Positions 62,203 to 64,000 of a DNA stretch of 64,000 nt are shown here, piece by piece (position 1 is the stretch's first letter; each line of letters opens with the position of its first letter). The notes under the pieces were generated by a model that saw nothing but the letters and a program-made list of their open reading frames with translations, made no database searches and was not told where the DNA came from. Both the position numbers and the translations under genes were made by a program. Origin of the DNA: Phaeosaccion multiseriatum (Eukaryota; Protista; Ochrophyta, other classes); contig OZ218960.1 of NCBI GenBank assembly GCA_965112735.1, positions 1,550,001-1,614,000 of the forward strand, written 5' to 3'.

Positions 62203-64000
62203 TTAGGCCTCATTGGGGGAGGTGGGTGGGTGTTGGGCAGCAGCGCAGATGCGGCCGTGCCGCGGGGGGACACTCAGTTGAGGTGGGGGGGCTGCTCTAC
62301 AGCTCTATCCACAGAAGCATACATGTACGTACACACATGCACACGTGCATGAGCACGTCGACGCCCCCTCACTTATAGGAATCAACCTAAGAATTACGAG
62401 CTGTGAAGCGGCAACAGAGCTTCGGCGTCAGAGCACCTTCCGTCACCAGAAATTTGGGAAAGCCCCGTGTGGACGGAGGAGCGGTATCAGCAGGGGGAGG
62501 GGAGGAGCAGCCAACAGCCACCGGCCGGTGGGGAGGAGAGAATGGGGCCTCCCCCACGGGGCGAGGGGGTGTACAGGGGGGCTTAGAGCGTTAGGAGGCG
62601 GGGAAGGAATGCGACACTGGCTGCTTCCTCCACAAAGAGAGACAGGGCAGCGCCTCACCCGCGGCATTTCCATCGTGGTGATTGAGGGTAGAGGATATAT
62701 AAAGGGGTGGATACGAGAGATTAAGAGCAAGCCGGGTTTTTCTCCTGCCAAAGTGAGACTGTATCGACTGAAACAACACACAAGTTCTTGGCCGTCCGGT
62801 GCAGTTACTGTATAGACCATGTTCGTAAGGGCAAACCCACCAGCGTGCACAGAGAGAGAGGCGCCTCAATGACTAAATGAAGGGTCTTGCCTGTGTAGCC
62901 TTCGCATTGCCCTCCTTGGGTACGAAAATGGAAGGCTGCTGTCGTCATTAGCACATTCTTGATTTCTTCTTAATTTTATTTTTTAATTTAAAAGAAATCC
63001 ATGTCCTTTTCCTTTTCGCTCAAGCCCTGTGCCCTCCTGTCCTCAAAGTAGACCATCCACCACCAGTCTTCCAAGCGTTCCACCTTCCCCACACTCTCTC
63101 TCTCTCTTCAGAGTACCACCACCGCGAGTCTCAGGCGAAAAGCCCCGTTTTATCCACGAGCCGTGACTGGCTGAGAGCCCTTTCCCTCATCCTTCTCGTC
63201 CTCGTCCTATCATCACCCGCCACCATCCGTCTTCCATGGCGCTACTCCGAGCTTGGGAAGCTCTTATCAAATATGCACCTCCTCCATGATGTGCTTCCCT
63301 CCCCTTGCAGGCCAGCGCGGAGCCGAGTCCACACCGTTGGCGAGCGAGGATGAGAATGTGTACCCCCTTTCATGCCATCTCAATCAGACGCAACATCACG
63401 TAGCACCTCAGCGCTAGCTACTGCCCCTCTGAAACACCTTCCTCGCGATGCGTCGCAAAGAGCTGTCTGTCCGTGGCCAGCAGGCACTGTACACAGCCTT
63501 CATCGTTGAGCCCTTGCCTTGCTCAGAGCCCTTTCCAGTGAGCCCCCTCCAGCAACAAGAGCCAGTGAGCCCTGTTGCGCCGCCTGATAAACGCTCGTCC
63601 CGAGATGAGAAGCACCGCCGCTGGCCTGCCGCCGTTTCCCTCATTGTCAGGCTGGGCTCTTTTAGCGCAGGAGCTCGCGGATTACACCCACATGGCCCCG
63701 CGCAGCCGCCACCCATACTGGCGTGGCACAGGCATGGCACTGGCAGAGCTTCCCGCTGTTGGGAAGAGAGAGAGTGCTGTCATGATGAAGATCCTGACGC
63801 TGACCCTGACGATGCACCTGGTCCCGCTAGCCCTCCACCTATGGCGCTACCTGCTGCCTCCGCCATACTCTCCTCGCACCAGGCTGACGCATCCATGCTC
63901 AGTATTCGCAGAGCTTCCTCTTGGGCTGTCCTTGCCCCCCCTTTCCTTCCTCCTCCTACTGCTGTATCAACAGCTGCTGCTCCATTCCCCCCTTCGCGTG

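Noticed and set aside
62880-64000. Possible minus-strand gene at the window end (ORF 63414-63740)
   Set aside because: Stops in all frames nearby and no recognisable domain; cannot be supported.

Overview
Eukaryotic, intron-rich and extremely microsatellite-rich genomic DNA. It most likely comes from a photosynthetic stramenopile (ochrophyte), inferred from signal-peptide+Phe bipartite plastid presequences, so most ORFs in the six-frame track are low-complexity artefacts. Splicing by hand gives about 13 genes: an ankyrin-repeat protein (with a GC-AG intron), a degenerate photolyase-like locus, a 13-exon membrane-anchored RTX Ca2+-binding repeat protein that needs a 4-nt micro-exon, ALDH6A1/MMSDH (17 exons), ALG5, a Cys-less plastid AhpC/TSA-like protein, ATP10, a small membrane protein, thylakoid-lumen pentapeptide protein TL17, mitochondrial EF-Ts, a PGP/SHIPPO-repeat protein, a ~3,100-aa CHAT-domain protein with a substituted catalytic Cys and a CaaX box, and a GFA/CENP-V protein. 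The most striking unexplained signal is a dispersed motif, (CAG)CAGTTGGTGATACAGC. It has 19 exact 11-mer cores, on both strands, in introns (mostly near 3' splice sites), in intergenic DNA, and inside exons where it is read in three different frames. Other notable patterns are polarised intron microsatellites that resemble tandem splice signals, duplicated decoy splice acceptors, and exon-intron tandem amplification. Coordinates were counted by hand and may be off by a few bases.
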